Virus record (IMG/VR): IMGVR_UViG_3300005288_000005
Span: 1-49,629 of that record
Reading direction: 5' to 3' (one strand)
DNA from: a virus
DNA length: 49,629 nucleotides
The notes under the pieces are model-generated. The model did no database searches. It saw only the letters and a program-made list of their open reading frames with translations, and had not been told where the DNA came from. The position numbers and the translations under genes are program-made. Shown piece after piece: positions 26,357 to 34,580 of this stretch; within the stretch, counting starts at the first letter, position 1, and each line of letters begins with the position of its first letter.

Positions 26357-26383
26357 TTTGTGTCCCTCTGTTTGTGTTCGATC

Positions 26384-26412
26384 ACTCTAGCCTCCCACTT
26401 AATCGCCGTCAA
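26384..26412 (-). promoter_or_regulatory. Sigma70-like promoter TTGACG-N17-TAGAGT
   Basis: Read on the minus strand, directly downstream of the terminator T-tract. Confidence 0.55.
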
Positions 26413-26444
26413 CAAAAAAGGCCGAATCTTTTTAGGATTCGGCC
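26411..26444 (-). terminator. Intrinsic terminator after the first leftward early gene
   Basis: GGCCGAATC-N7-GATTCGGCC 9-bp stem. On the minus strand it is followed by TTTTTTGTT. Confidence 0.8.
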
Positions 26445-26449
26445 TTTCT

Positions 26450-26463
26450 GTTCTGCGGAGAAC
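26450..26463. repeat. 14-bp palindrome family copy (GTTCTGCGGAGAAC)
   Basis: One mismatch to the consensus. Lies 2 nt beyond the stop of the 26466..27023 gene. Confidence 0.75.
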
Positions 26464-26465
26464 TG

Positions 26466-27023
26466 TTAAGCGGCTTTCGGCTTCCTGATCTCTTTCGGGA
26501 CCTTGGACTGGAAACGCATCACGAGCTTGCGTAGACGCTGCTCGAATTCGTCACGATCGTCGTCATTCAGGTGCTCGATAACCACAATCGCGTCATGCCA
26601 CAGGGCGCCGTTCATGTGGTTGCCGGCTTTGACTAGAACACCTTTAAGTTCAGGATCGCGGATAACCTCTGGCGGCTTAGCCATTTCCTTGCGCTTCTCA
26701 GCCACCGCGTCAACCATCTGCCGCACCGAGTCGAACTCAGTAACCTTCATTTCATACTTGAAGGCTGCCCGGAACATCGAGGCGTACTGCTTGACGGCTC
26801 TAGGTGCCGGAATCAGTGTCGAGCCAGGAACCGGACGACCAATCACGTTCGACCAGCCGTTCTCTTCATAGCCGATCATCATCCACGGGTTGAATTTCTC
26901 CAGTGTGTCTATGTTTTCTTCCTTGACTAGCTTCATGAAAGCGCCTGCTACGTTGTCCAGCTTGTCGCCTTGCTCGGCGATCTGCTGAAGAACCAGTGCT
27001 TGCTTGCTTTTTTGAGTAGTCAT
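26466..27023 (-). CDS. Hypothetical 185-aa protein, first leftward early gene
   Basis: AAGAGG SD. Followed by its own terminator. Confidence 0.75.
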   Translation of the reverse strand: MTTQKSKQALVLQQIAEQGDKLDNVAGAFMKLVKEENIDTLEKFNPWMMIGYEENGWSNVIGRPVPGSTLIPAPRAVKQYASMFRAAFKYEMKVTEFDSVRQMVDAVAEKRKEMAKPPEVIRDPELKGVLVKAGNHMNGALWHDAIVVIEHLNDDDRDEFEQRLRKLVMRFQSKVPKEIRKPKAA

Positions 27024-27116
27024 GTCGGTCGAGCCTCTTTATCGTATCGCTAATCCTTTGCAGTAATTCTCAGTGTAGGGGGCGCCGCTAGTGGCGTTTG
27101 CCCCTGCCTGTTTGTA

Positions 27117-27144
27117 AGGCTAGCTCAGTAACATCCTGTGTCAA
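27117..27144 (-). promoter_or_regulatory. Candidate leftward early promoter TTGACA-N16-TAGCCT
   Basis: Read on the minus strand. The -35 element overlaps copy 1 of the 11-bp repeat. Confidence 0.4.
27133..27143 (+). promoter_or_regulatory. Operator-like 11-bp direct repeat, copy 1 (ATCCTGTGTCA)
   Basis: Identical 11-mer at 27227..27237. Confidence 0.5.
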
Positions 27145-27195
27145 AGACGATTTGGGTATAAGTCGACGACTGGTTATGCAGGATAAAAACTAAGT

Positions 27196-27209
27196 GTTTT
27201 CCGGAAAAC
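27196..27209. promoter_or_regulatory. Perfect 14-bp palindrome GTTTTCCGGAAAAC at the -35 position of the rightward promoter
   Basis: Self-complementary. Related to the GTTCTCCGGAGAAC family. Confidence 0.5.
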
Positions 27210-27222
27210 TATTTTCTATTTA

Positions 27223-27231
27223 TGGTATCCT
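27223..27231 (+). promoter_or_regulatory. Candidate extended -10 promoter TGgTATCCT (early class)
   Basis: 31 nt upstream of the Cro-like start. The same pattern occurs at 39471 and 40061. Confidence 0.5.
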
Positions 27232-27237
27232 GTGTCA
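27227..27237 (+). promoter_or_regulatory. Operator-like 11-bp direct repeat, copy 2 (ATCCTGTGTCA)
   Basis: Overlaps the -10 element of the rightward promoter. Confidence 0.5.
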
Positions 27238-27255
27238 CCCAAACCAAACGAGGGT

Positions 27256-27286
27256 TGTCAAATGCTGACACTTCCTGACATTGTCA
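27256..27286. promoter_or_regulatory. Cluster of inverted TGTCA/TGACA half-sites spanning the Cro-like start codon
   Basis: TGTCAaatgcTGACA at 27256..27270 and TGACAtTGTCA at 27276..27286. Confidence 0.4.
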
Positions 27287-27435
27287 GACAGCTACAAGAT
27301 CTGAATTACGCAGCAGTCTCCCGCGCAACCGGCATCAGCAGGCAGAAAATATGGGCAATCGCAACTGGCGCAACAGCAAACCCTGGAATCCTGACCGCGC
27401 AAAAGATCTCGGATTATCTGGAGGCGCGCAAATGA
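27262..27435 (+). CDS. Cro/CI-type HTH regulator (57 aa)
   Basis: ATG with a GAGGG SD. NYAAVSRATGISRQKIWAIATG helix-turn-helix. Confidence 0.7.
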   Translation: MLTLPDIVRQLQDLNYAAVSRATGISRQKIWAIATGATANPGILTAQKISDYLEARK

Positions 27436-28046
27436 AGGTAGCTCCAATCGAGACTGTGTATCAAGGCTACAAATTCAGGAGCAAGCTTGAGGCGCGATGG
27501 GCTCTCTTCTTTGATCTGGTCAAGGTTGCATGGGATTACGAGCCTGATGGCTACGACCTTGGCGACCTCGGTTGGTATCTGCCGGATTTTTACCTGGCGG
27601 ACTTCAATGCCTTTATTGAGATCAAGCCTAAAAATGGTGACAAGGATAGAGTCCGCGCTCAGCTAATGCGATTGACAGAGTTAACCGAATCGCACGCGTG
27701 GGGATTATTCGGCGATCCTTATGACCATACATGGATGTCTCTTTGGTTATCCGATGGCGTGACGCCGGGCATAGCCTGCCAGGTACTTGAGAAGGGATGG
27801 CACGAAAAATGGAGCAATAACCAAATCAGCTTTATTCCAGGCCCCGAAGGAAGAATGATTACGATGCCGTCAAATGGAACAGAGCCAGTCTGGTCGAAGC
27901 TTGGAAACACTCAAGCAAAAAAGGATGCAAGGCAGGCGCGATTTGACCATGGTCAGACACCAAAGAAATGGAAAGCTATGAGCCTCAGGCAGCGAGAGAT
28001 TGCGGCAGAGAATCTTGTCAGTCTTCGTGAAATGCTTAAGCGCTAA
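27432..28046 (+). CDS. PD-(D/E)XK nuclease-fold protein (204 aa)
   Basis: ATGA coupling. FRSKLEARWALFFD...YLPDFYL...FIEIKPK matches an E / PD / ExK arrangement. Confidence 0.65.
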   Translation: MKVAPIETVYQGYKFRSKLEARWALFFDLVKVAWDYEPDGYDLGDLGWYLPDFYLADFNAFIEIKPKNGDKDRVRAQLMRLTELTESHAWGLFGDPYDHTWMSLWLSDGVTPGIACQVLEKGWHEKWSNNQISFIPGPEGRMITMPSNGTEPVWSKLGNTQAKKDARQARFDHGQTPKKWKAMSLRQREIAAENLVSLREMLKR

Positions 28047-28055
28047 GGAGGCCGA

Positions 28056-28865
28056 ATGGCTGGCGACTGGATTAAGTTTGAGCTGTCTACGTTTGAGAAG
28101 ACAGAGGTTTATCAGGTGGCAGACCTGGCGGGCATTGATGAGGACGCCGCAATAGGGAAACTGCTGCGAGTATGGGCGTGGTTTGACCAGCAAACAGAGA
28201 ATGGTAACGCTCCGAGCGTTAGTAAAAGGTTAGTTGATCGTTTGTGCGGCGTTAATGGCTTTTGCGATTGCATGATAAAAGCAGGGTGGATGATCGAATA
28301 TTCGGAGGGTGATCTGCCTTTTGTGGCTCTTCCAAACTTCGATAGGCACAACGGAAAGACCGCCAAGAATCGTGCGCTGACCGCCAAGCGCGTGGCTTTG
28401 CACAAGGTTAACGCTTCGCTAACGCAAGGTGCGTTACCTAAAGAAGAGAAGAGAATATTAGAATCAAAAGCACTTGTCGCCGACGAGTCGGCAACTGGCG
28501 ATGGTGATTTGTTCTCTGATGAGCCGCCAGCACCGATCAAATCGAAAGCAAGAGCCAAGCCGGTCGTTGACTACGACGAGATCATGAGCGCCTACAACGA
28601 ACTTTGCTCCGGCAAGGGAAAGCTGATCGGGTGCGACACCGTTAACGACGCACGAAAGCGCTTGATTGACAAAGCTCTGGACATTAAGATCGGCGGCGAA
28701 AAGCCATTTCGTGAATACGGCATTGAATACTGGAGAGCGTATTTCTCTATTTGCCCGAACGATCCGCACTGGTGCGGCATGAGCGTTGGTGGATGGAGGG
28801 CGAATTTCGATTTCGTCCTCAAGGAAAAAAACATAATCGCGGCACTGGAGAAGAATAATGGTTGA
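28056..28865 (+). CDS. Replication initiation / replisome organiser protein
   Basis: N-terminal DWIKFELSTFEK...LLRVWAWFDQQT and C-terminal WRANFDFVLKEKNI patterns. Immediately upstream of dnaB. Confidence 0.7.
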   Translation: MAGDWIKFELSTFEKTEVYQVADLAGIDEDAAIGKLLRVWAWFDQQTENGNAPSVSKRLVDRLCGVNGFCDCMIKAGWMIEYSEGDLPFVALPNFDRHNGKTAKNRALTAKRVALHKVNASLTQGALPKEEKRILESKALVADESATGDGDLFSDEPPAPIKSKARAKPVVDYDEIMSAYNELCSGKGKLIGCDTVNDARKRLIDKALDIKIGGEKPFREYGIEYWRAYFSICPNDPHWCGMSVGGWRANFDFVLKEKNIIAALEKNNG

Positions 28866-30252
28866 GCGGGAACTTTATTCGCAAGAGGCTGAGCATGGCG
28901 TATTGGGCGCGCTCATGATCAAGCCTGAGCTGTGCGAAGAGATTGGCGCATTCCTCGGCCCTCAGGATTTCGCCTACGAGGACAACAGCACCCTTTACTC
29001 CATGATTCTTGGCTGCCACTCGAAACGGATCAATCCTGACCCTGTCACGCTGATGGATATCCGCCAGGATTTGCCAAGCGGCGAGATGACCATCGTCTAT
29101 GCTGCCGACATCATGCGCAACGTGCCGAGCGCGGCAAACGGCGCAAACTATGCGCGCATTGTTCTGGAGCGTTCGACGGCAAGGAAGCTGCAAGCGCTGG
29201 CAATGCAGATATCTGAGATTGCTCAGTCGAAAGGCAAGATCGCTGATCAGGTAGCACAGGCTCAAGCGCTGATCATGGGGCTGAACGTCGGAGAAGATAC
29301 GCCGGACTTCATGTCCATTGCTGACGGGCTAGATCAGGTGCTTGATCGAATCGAAAGGCGCCGCAGCGGAACTGAAGAGATGGGCCTTGACTTCGGGCTT
29401 GAGGATCTTGACAGGATCATTCGAGGTATCCGCCGGCAACACCTGATTATCATTGCTGGCCGCCCAGGTACAGGCAAAACCGTTCTAGGCATGGGGCTTG
29501 CTGAGCGCGCATCTCTGTTCCATGGAATGAAAAGCATTGTGTTCTCCCTGGAGATGTCGGGGGCAGACCTTAGTCAGCGCTCGCTTGCTTCCGTTTCTGG
29601 CGTAAAGCTGGAAAGGATCGAGAGCGGTGATTCTATGGATGATGGCGAGGAATCCACAAAGATCATGGCTGCCGCATTCAAGATGAAGAATGCCAACCTG
29701 CACATCTGCGAGAAGCCAGCGCTTATGTTTAGCCGGCTGTGCAATATGGCGCGCTTTCAGCATCGAGCAGGCAAGCTTGACCTGATAGTCATTGACTATA
29801 TCGGCCTGATTGTCGGAGATCCATCAAAGAGCATTCAGAACCGAAACCAAGAGCTTGGCGCCATCAGTCGTGGGCTCAAGGCGCTGGCAAAGGAGTTGAA
29901 CGTGCCTGTGGTCGCGCTGGCTCAGCTTAACCGTGGCATTGAAGGCCGTACTGACCCTAAGCCGAAGATGAGCGACCTTCGCGACTCCGGCGAGATTGAG
30001 CAAGATGCCGACGTTATTATCATGGCGCACAGGGATATGCAGTCTGAGCGCGGAAAGAACGGTATCACTGAGGTAGAGGCGGTAAAGGTTCGCCATGCCA
30101 AACCAGGCTTCTGCTTGCTTCAGTTCCAAGGCGATAAGGCACGCTTCGTTAATGTCGTTCAATCCGATTACGACGACAGAGAGGAAGAGCGAGCAGCCAA
30201 GCCAAAGAATCCTAAGGACTTTAAGAAGAAAACGATGGAGCCGAATTTCTAA
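28858..30252 (+). CDS. dnaB: Replicative DNA helicase DnaB
   Basis: N-terminal SQEAEHGVLGALM, Walker A GRPGTGKT, and the QLNR and DADVI motifs. Confidence 0.95.
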   Translation: MVERELYSQEAEHGVLGALMIKPELCEEIGAFLGPQDFAYEDNSTLYSMILGCHSKRINPDPVTLMDIRQDLPSGEMTIVYAADIMRNVPSAANGANYARIVLERSTARKLQALAMQISEIAQSKGKIADQVAQAQALIMGLNVGEDTPDFMSIADGLDQVLDRIERRRSGTEEMGLDFGLEDLDRIIRGIRRQHLIIIAGRPGTGKTVLGMGLAERASLFHGMKSIVFSLEMSGADLSQRSLASVSGVKLERIESGDSMDDGEESTKIMAAAFKMKNANLHICEKPALMFSRLCNMARFQHRAGKLDLIVIDYIGLIVGDPSKSIQNRNQELGAISRGLKALAKELNVPVVALAQLNRGIEGRTDPKPKMSDLRDSGEIEQDADVIIMAHRDMQSERGKNGITEVEAVKVRHAKPGFCLLQFQGDKARFVNVVQSDYDDREEERAAKPKNPKDFKKKTMEPNF

Positions 30253-30264
30253 TGGAGCCGGATA

Positions 30265-30519
30265 ATGACTATATCTGCCACACCTGCTGGATCGCTCAAC
30301 TTAGCAACCCTTTCGACTGCCGAACGCCAGATCATCGACAGCCACAAGGAGGAATGTCTCCAGAGATGGAAGGCAGCCAGGGATCTGTCCAGTACGATCT
30401 ATGTTGGCCTGAAGTCGGGCAAGACGCGCCTGTGGGCTGAGATCCAATTGAAAGATAATCCAAAGATCGAAGCCGAAACCCGGCGCCAACTGAATTTATT
30501 GCTGAAGGTGAAGAAATGA
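30265..30519 (+). CDS. Hypothetical 84-aa protein
   Basis: GGAG SD. Preferred over the overlapping 30252..30440 frame. Confidence 0.65.
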   Translation: MTISATPAGSLNLATLSTAERQIIDSHKEECLQRWKAARDLSSTIYVGLKSGKTRLWAEIQLKDNPKIEAETRRQLNLLLKVKK

Positions 30520-30749
30520 CAACATTTTGCAATGGTCTTAACAAGGCCGGGATCTTTGACTGTGACGAAAACGCCGGGCAATGCAAGGATTGCTATATCG
30601 AAGATCTTGAGCTATGCGTGCCGGATGCCTTGCGCTATAGGTTCCTGCGCAACGTTGCTGATCCGTCAGACTGGGAATATCTGAGCTATCAAGACGAAGA
30701 TGTGATGGACAAACAGATCGATTGGGAAATTGAGCAGAGAACCGAATGA
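30516..30749 (+). CDS. Hypothetical 77-aa Cys-rich acidic protein
   Basis: ATGA coupling on both sides. Confidence 0.65.
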   Translation: MTTFCNGLNKAGIFDCDENAGQCKDCYIEDLELCVPDALRYRFLRNVADPSDWEYLSYQDEDVMDKQIDWEIEQRTE

Positions 30750-31099
30750 TTGAGCTAACCGTACCGTATCCGCCAAAAGAGCTGAACCCGAACGCAAAGA
30801 CTCACTGGGCAACCAAGGCTAGATGGGTAAAACTCTACAGAGGTCTGTGCCGCGATATAGCGCTACTTAACACCGAGCCAGTACCATCGGGAGACTTGGT
30901 GTACGACATGACCTTCTACCCGCCTGATAGGCGCCGTAGAGACGACGATAATATGGTGGCTAGCGGAAAATCCGGCCGAGATGGCATTGCAGAGGCATTA
31001 GGCATTGACGACGTTCGATTTCAGCTTCGGGTGCGTGTTAAAGATCCGTTCCCAGGCGGAAAAGTAACCATAAAAATCTACGAAGACCTCGAAGAATAG
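30746..31099 (+). CDS. rusA: RusA-family Holliday junction resolvase
   Basis: PPKELNPNAKTHW...DDDNMVASGKSGRDGIAEALGIDD. Confidence 0.85.
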   Translation: MIELTVPYPPKELNPNAKTHWATKARWVKLYRGLCRDIALLNTEPVPSGDLVYDMTFYPPDRRRRDDDNMVASGKSGRDGIAEALGIDDVRFQLRVRVKDPFPGGKVTIKIYEDLEE

Positions 31100-31100
31100 C

Positions 31101-31128
31101 TTGACTCTCCCAACACCTAAGCCATAAT
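31101..31128 (+). promoter_or_regulatory. Sigma70-like promoter TTGACT-N16-CATAAT
   Basis: Intergenic, directly after the rusA stop. Confidence 0.5.
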
Positions 31129-31155
31129 CAGCAGACATTTACGGAGGGCTACAAA

Positions 31156-31551
31156 ATGCAAATCGAATTCAAAGACGGCAAGATCAGCTTCGACGCTTAC
31201 GACCTGCTTAGCGAAATGAGTGACGAGCAGAAGCTTGACCTTGTTGAACGGCTTAGCTGCGAAGAGATCGTGATCAAGCACGTTGCTGAGCAGATTTTTG
31301 ACGGGCTGACTGAGAATTGCCATTCCGGTGCATTTTCTACTGGCTCGCCTATCCATACTACGGCCTTGATGGATGCACAGCGCAGAATTGCAAACGAGTC
31401 TGGTGAAGTGGCCGAGCGAGAAATTTCGTTGCTGCAATCGCGCTACGAACACGCTCACGCGCAATCCGAGAAATACGCCGACGCCTACTTCGAACTGCTG
31501 CACTACGCAGAAAACAAATTCGGCTTCGGCTCTGTTCCGCGCAAGATTTGA
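31156..31551 (+). CDS. Hypothetical 131-aa protein
   Basis: ACGGAGGG SD inside the 15-nt repeat gacatttacggaggg. Confidence 0.7.
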   Translation: MQIEFKDGKISFDAYDLLSEMSDEQKLDLVERLSCEEIVIKHVAEQIFDGLTENCHSGAFSTGSPIHTTALMDAQRRIANESGEVAEREISLLQSRYEHAHAQSEKYADAYFELLHYAENKFGFGSVPRKI

Positions 31552-31570
31552 CATTTACGGAGGGTGGGAA

Positions 31571-31789
31571 ATGAGTATCGATTGGAGAAGTGCCCCAGAT
31601 GGAGCAACTCACTACGCACCAGCTTTTGGAGCTTTCAAAGCTCTATGGGCAAGGAAAAATTCAATGATGTGGGAATACCATTGCGGGTCTTCTCGCGGAG
31701 GTTGGTATGAAGGGGTTCAGCCGCTTGACGGCGAAGAATTTATTTCTCGTCAAGATACCGCAAACAATAGTTCTCCAGAGAACAGTTAA
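31571..31789 (+). CDS. Hypothetical 72-aa Trp-rich protein (distant member of the W-rich family)
   Basis: Same 15-nt SD repeat upstream. MSIDWRSAPDGATHY... Ends in SSPENS. Confidence 0.65.
   Translation: MSIDWRSAPDGATHYAPAFGAFKALWARKNSMMWEYHCGSSRGGWYEGVQPLDGEEFISRQDTANNSSPENS
31770..31783. repeat. 14-bp palindrome family copy (GTTCTCCAGAGAAC)
   Basis: One mismatch to the consensus. Ends 3 nt before the stop. Followed by the tandem AGTTAAC AGTTAAC at 31784..31797. Confidence 0.75.
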
Positions 31790-31824
31790 CAGTTAACCTT
31801 TAACGTTATTGGGTGGAGGGGTTT

Positions 31825-32193
31825 ATGGATACCGTAGAAGTGAAGACGAGTGAATTGATTGGTGCTGCTTTGGATTGGGCGGTTGCTCAGGCTGAAGGTG
31901 TTTCGATTCGAATTCTTTCAAAGGACAATATTGAAGAGAAATGGCAGATCCAAATGCGCTGGAGATTTCAGGGTCCGTTCTGGCCATCTCAGGATTGGCG
32001 TCAGTGCGGGCCACTGATTGAAAAATACAATATTGGTTTTGGGCTTTACGATGATTGCATTCTTGCGATAACAGGGCACAATGAATTTGCCGGCAGCGCT
32101 TATGGGTCAACTCATCTAATCGCAGCATGTCGCTCAATCGTGGCGGCAAAACTAGGCGACACCGTATCCATTCCTTCCGAGCTTATGCAATGA
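31825..32193 (+). CDS. DUF2591 / NinX-like protein
   Basis: ATG with a GGTGGAGGGG SD. ELIGAALDWAVAQAEG...WPSQDWRQCGPLIEKYNI. Confidence 0.7.
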   Translation: MDTVEVKTSELIGAALDWAVAQAEGVSIRILSKDNIEEKWQIQMRWRFQGPFWPSQDWRQCGPLIEKYNIGFGLYDDCILAITGHNEFAGSAYGSTHLIAACRSIVAAKLGDTVSIPSELMQ

Positions 32194-32363
32194 CCCTAAC
32201 CGACCTACTCCCAATCCTCCTGGCAGCCTACGAGGAGCATGGGGATCTGCCGCTGGCTACAGGCTTCGACGACCACCGCCAAATCCTCGGTGTGCTCATC
32301 TCGCCAATCGAGAAAGATTGCGAGGTGGGGAAGAAGGGGGAATTGTTTGTTGACTTTTACTGA
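32190..32363 (+). CDS. Hypothetical 57-aa protein
   Basis: ATGA coupling. Internal start of the 78-aa track ORF. Confidence 0.55.
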   Translation: MTLTDLLPILLAAYEEHGDLPLATGFDDHRQILGVLISPIEKDCEVGKKGELFVDFY

Positions 32364-32370
32364 GGGATAT

Positions 32371-32544
32371 ATGATGAAAAAGTACATTTGGATTATTCGC
32401 GCCTACTTTTACATGCGCAGTCGTTGCGGATGGGCTAGCTGGGGCATGGTAAGTTCGCTTTATGAAGCCTACGTCGAGGAAGATCCTGAGTCAGAATGCT
32501 CGCCTTCTGATGCTGTTGACGAAGATATGAGCTATTGGGATTGA
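32371..32544 (+). CDS. Hypothetical 57-aa protein
   Basis: GAGGG SD. Internal start of the 101-aa track ORF. Confidence 0.55.
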   Translation: MMKKYIWIIRAYFYMRSRCGWASWGMVSSLYEAYVEEDPESECSPSDAVDEDMSYWD

Positions 32545-32548
32545 TGCA

Positions 32549-32854
32549 ATGACAAATAGAATCGAGACGATCTCAAAGCTCCGGATGGCCCAAGTGTCTT
32601 CCTGCTCCTGTCTAACCAAAACGCCTGATGCAGACTGGCATAAAGAGGATTGTCTTTACCGTGTACTGACTGAGGCAATTGCAGCGGTGGCGGTCTCTCA
32701 TGATTTGCTTGAGTCAGCTCAGGCTCTAAGTGAGGCATGGGCGAAATTCATTGACTCGTTCGATTACGTTCCTGGTATTGGTGATCGCGCAGAAGACATT
32801 GAGTTTAGGGAGATGGCACGACTCCGCATGGCAATCGCCAAAGCATTGGCGTAA
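32549..32854 (+). CDS. Hypothetical 101-aa protein
   Basis: Co-oriented, tightly packed ORF. Confidence 0.65.
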   Translation: MTNRIETISKLRMAQVSSCSCLTKTPDADWHKEDCLYRVLTEAIAAVAVSHDLLESAQALSEAWAKFIDSFDYVPGIGDRAEDIEFREMARLRMAIAKALA

Positions 32855-32879
32855 CTAATTCTTTACTGTAGGTGATGAG

Positions 32880-33146
32880 ATGAGCCGCGACACAATGCCA
32901 GTCATGAGCAGCAAGCGCCTAACTAGTATGCCGATGGCAATGCTCAACGAACAACAGGCCAAAAGGAATCACGGACAAACGCTTGATCGTCTTGCTGAGC
33001 GTGGTGGCATTTGTCCCGCTGAAGCCTTGGCAATCATGGACGGTCATGCGTGGGGAGTTGTAAAAGTCTGCGATGAGAATGATCTTTTGCTATTCCGTCG
33101 CGCTGAACAATTCAACAATAAATCAACAACTTGTATACAATCCTGA
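32880..33146 (+). CDS. Hypothetical 88-aa protein
   Basis: AGGTGA SD. Confidence 0.65.
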   Translation: MSRDTMPVMSSKRLTSMPMAMLNEQQAKRNHGQTLDRLAERGGICPAEALAIMDGHAWGVVKVCDENDLLLFRRAEQFNNKSTTCIQS

Positions 33147-33155
33147 CTTTATTAT

Positions 33156-33184
33156 CTCCATAATCCCATATATCGGGATTGGAG
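33156..33184 (+). other. Hairpin sequestering the SD of the 33191 gene
   Basis: CTCC..AATCCC-atatatc-GGGATTGGAG. The GGAG in the 3' arm lies 6 nt before the ATG. No T-tract. Confidence 0.4.
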
Positions 33185-33190
33185 TATTAG

Positions 33191-33481
33191 ATGAACGACA
33201 TTCGCGCAAGATTCGAGGAAATTTGGCCGGTGCCTGAGGGTGTGTGCTGGGCTGAAGGTTATGGAGAATACATGCCGATGAACAGGCACAGCATTAAACA
33301 TTCCGAGCTTGCCTGCGAATGGGACGCACGCCTCGACACCTTCACCCGCTGCCAGGAGACGACTGAGCCAGTAATGTCGCTGATTCAGGAGCTTGTATGG
33401 GCATTGGAGGCTGAGTCATACTACGACCACAAGCGCGATCTCATTGTTAGCGCCAAACAAATCATGGAGAAGAAGAAATGA
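33191..33481 (+). CDS. Hypothetical 96-aa protein
   Basis: GGAG SD. ATGA coupling downstream. Confidence 0.7.
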   Translation: MNDIRARFEEIWPVPEGVCWAEGYGEYMPMNRHSIKHSELACEWDARLDTFTRCQETTEPVMSLIQELVWALEAESYYDHKRDLIVSAKQIMEKKK

Positions 33482-33750
33482 ATGTCGATTGTGGAGATTG
33501 TCCAAATGTCACATCAGGATGCATGGAGCAATGCATGAAAGCTAATCGCACGTATAAACCACTGCCGGGACAGCTAGAGCTAGCGACTGTCATCGCTCAT
33601 AAGCGCGAGTACGTCGAGAACATTTCCGCTGTCGATGCCCACAAGCCCTCTGGAGTACGCTTAGCCAAGATGCTAACCCAGTACGACGACTCGCCTTCAT
33701 CGCAGCTCTGGAGCGAGATACAGCGGTTGGCGCGAGAAATACTGAAATGA
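33478..33750 (+). CDS. Hypothetical 90-aa Cys-containing protein
   Basis: ATGA coupling. Confidence 0.65.
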   Translation: MNVDCGDCPNVTSGCMEQCMKANRTYKPLPGQLELATVIAHKREYVENISAVDAHKPSGVRLAKMLTQYDDSPSSQLWSEIQRLAREILK

Positions 33751-33857
33751 TGAGTCTAGAGTTCGCTGTATTCACAGCATCAATGACCATCGTCTCCTAT
33801 CCATTCTTTGGCGCAATTCTGTACGGAGACCCTTGGCGCTGGATATTCAAGAAATAG
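33747..33857 (+). CDS. Possible 36-aa hydrophobic peptide (absent from the ORF track)
   Basis: ATGA overlap with the upstream stop. My hand translation gives MMSLEFAVFTASMTIVSYPFFGAILYGDPWRWIFKK. Confidence 0.35.
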   Translation: MMSLEFAVFTASMTIVSYPFFGAILYGDPWRWIFKK

Positions 33858-33860
33858 TGA

Positions 33861-33889
33861 TTGACTCTCGATAAAAAGGCTCCTAATGT
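33861..33889 (+). promoter_or_regulatory. Sigma70-like promoter TTGACT-N17-TAATGT overlapping a terminator hairpin
   Basis: The -10 element lies in the loop of the 33877..33895 hairpin. Confidence 0.45.
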
Positions 33890-33903
33890 GAGCCTTTCTT
33901 TTT
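33872..33903 (+). terminator. Intrinsic terminator
   Basis: AAAA-AGGCTC-ctaatgt-GAGCCT-TTCTTTTT. Confidence 0.7.
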
Positions 33904-33923
33904 GCGGTGAATTTGGAGGGTGT

Positions 33924-34184
33924 ATGAAATACATAAATATCGAATGTGATCGGTTTTCGTGTGCTAGCAGCTCGCACTATCGAGAAGATCATCACATTGA
34001 GCTTGTTGTAGAGGTCGATCAAGGCGAGGTAATCAATCAGTTTACAGCCAAAGAAATCATATCTTCTTTCGATATAGGTTCCTTGCTCGATGAGATCGGC
34101 ATTTCGATTGCTCTTGAGCATTATGCCGGGCCTGGGAATATCACGATGGAAGACTTCCGCAATATTCTGGAGCGTGCGAAATGA
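33924..34184 (+). CDS. Hypothetical 86-aa protein
   Basis: ATG with a TGGAGGG SD. Internal start of the 107-aa track ORF. Confidence 0.65.
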   Translation: MKYINIECDRFSCASSSHYREDHHIELVVEVDQGEVINQFTAKEIISSFDIGSLLDEIGISIALEHYAGPGNITMEDFRNILERAK

Positions 34185-34507
34185 CCACCACCACCACAAC
34201 CCTAAAAAACGCAGCCTTCGCGATTGAGCATGACCTTTTCACGGATCCAGATGGCGCGAACTATCTGGTTAAGGATGGGGCTATATTGCGGAGGTGGGAG
34301 CCGTTAGCGAATCCTGCCGATGCGTTCGAGCTTATGGTTTCTCTGCGCCTGGATGTGAATTACTTTCCTGGCTTCGGTGAGGTTCACGCTAGCGACGAGG
34401 GCGGATACAATTGCCGGATGTGTAGCTACTCAGGCGATCTAAGTTCGGACACTAGACGCGCTATCACTGAATGCGCTGCGATCATTGGTGAATCGCTATG
34501 GGCATGA
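34181..34507 (+). CDS. Hypothetical 108-aa protein (weak DUF2591/ABA-sandwich-like pattern)
   Basis: ATGA coupling. WEPLANPADAFELMVSLRLDV. Confidence 0.6.
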   Translation: MTTTTTTLKNAAFAIEHDLFTDPDGANYLVKDGAILRRWEPLANPADAFELMVSLRLDVNYFPGFGEVHASDEGGYNCRMCSYSGDLSSDTRRAITECAAIIGESLWA

Positions 34508-34580
34508 TCGCCTTGACATGGTTCACCTGGACCTATCTACTACCGCGACCTAAGACGAAAATTAGTTATTGGAGGGGTGT

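Noticed and set aside
30252-30440. 62-aa ORF overlapping the 30265..30519 gene in another frame
   Set aside because: No SD. The 30265 frame has GGAG at correct spacing and is ATGA-coupled to the next gene.
31134-31564. 15-nt direct repeat gacatttacggaggg at 31134 and 31550
   Set aside because: It is explained as a duplicated ribosome-binding region of two adjacent genes, not a separate element.
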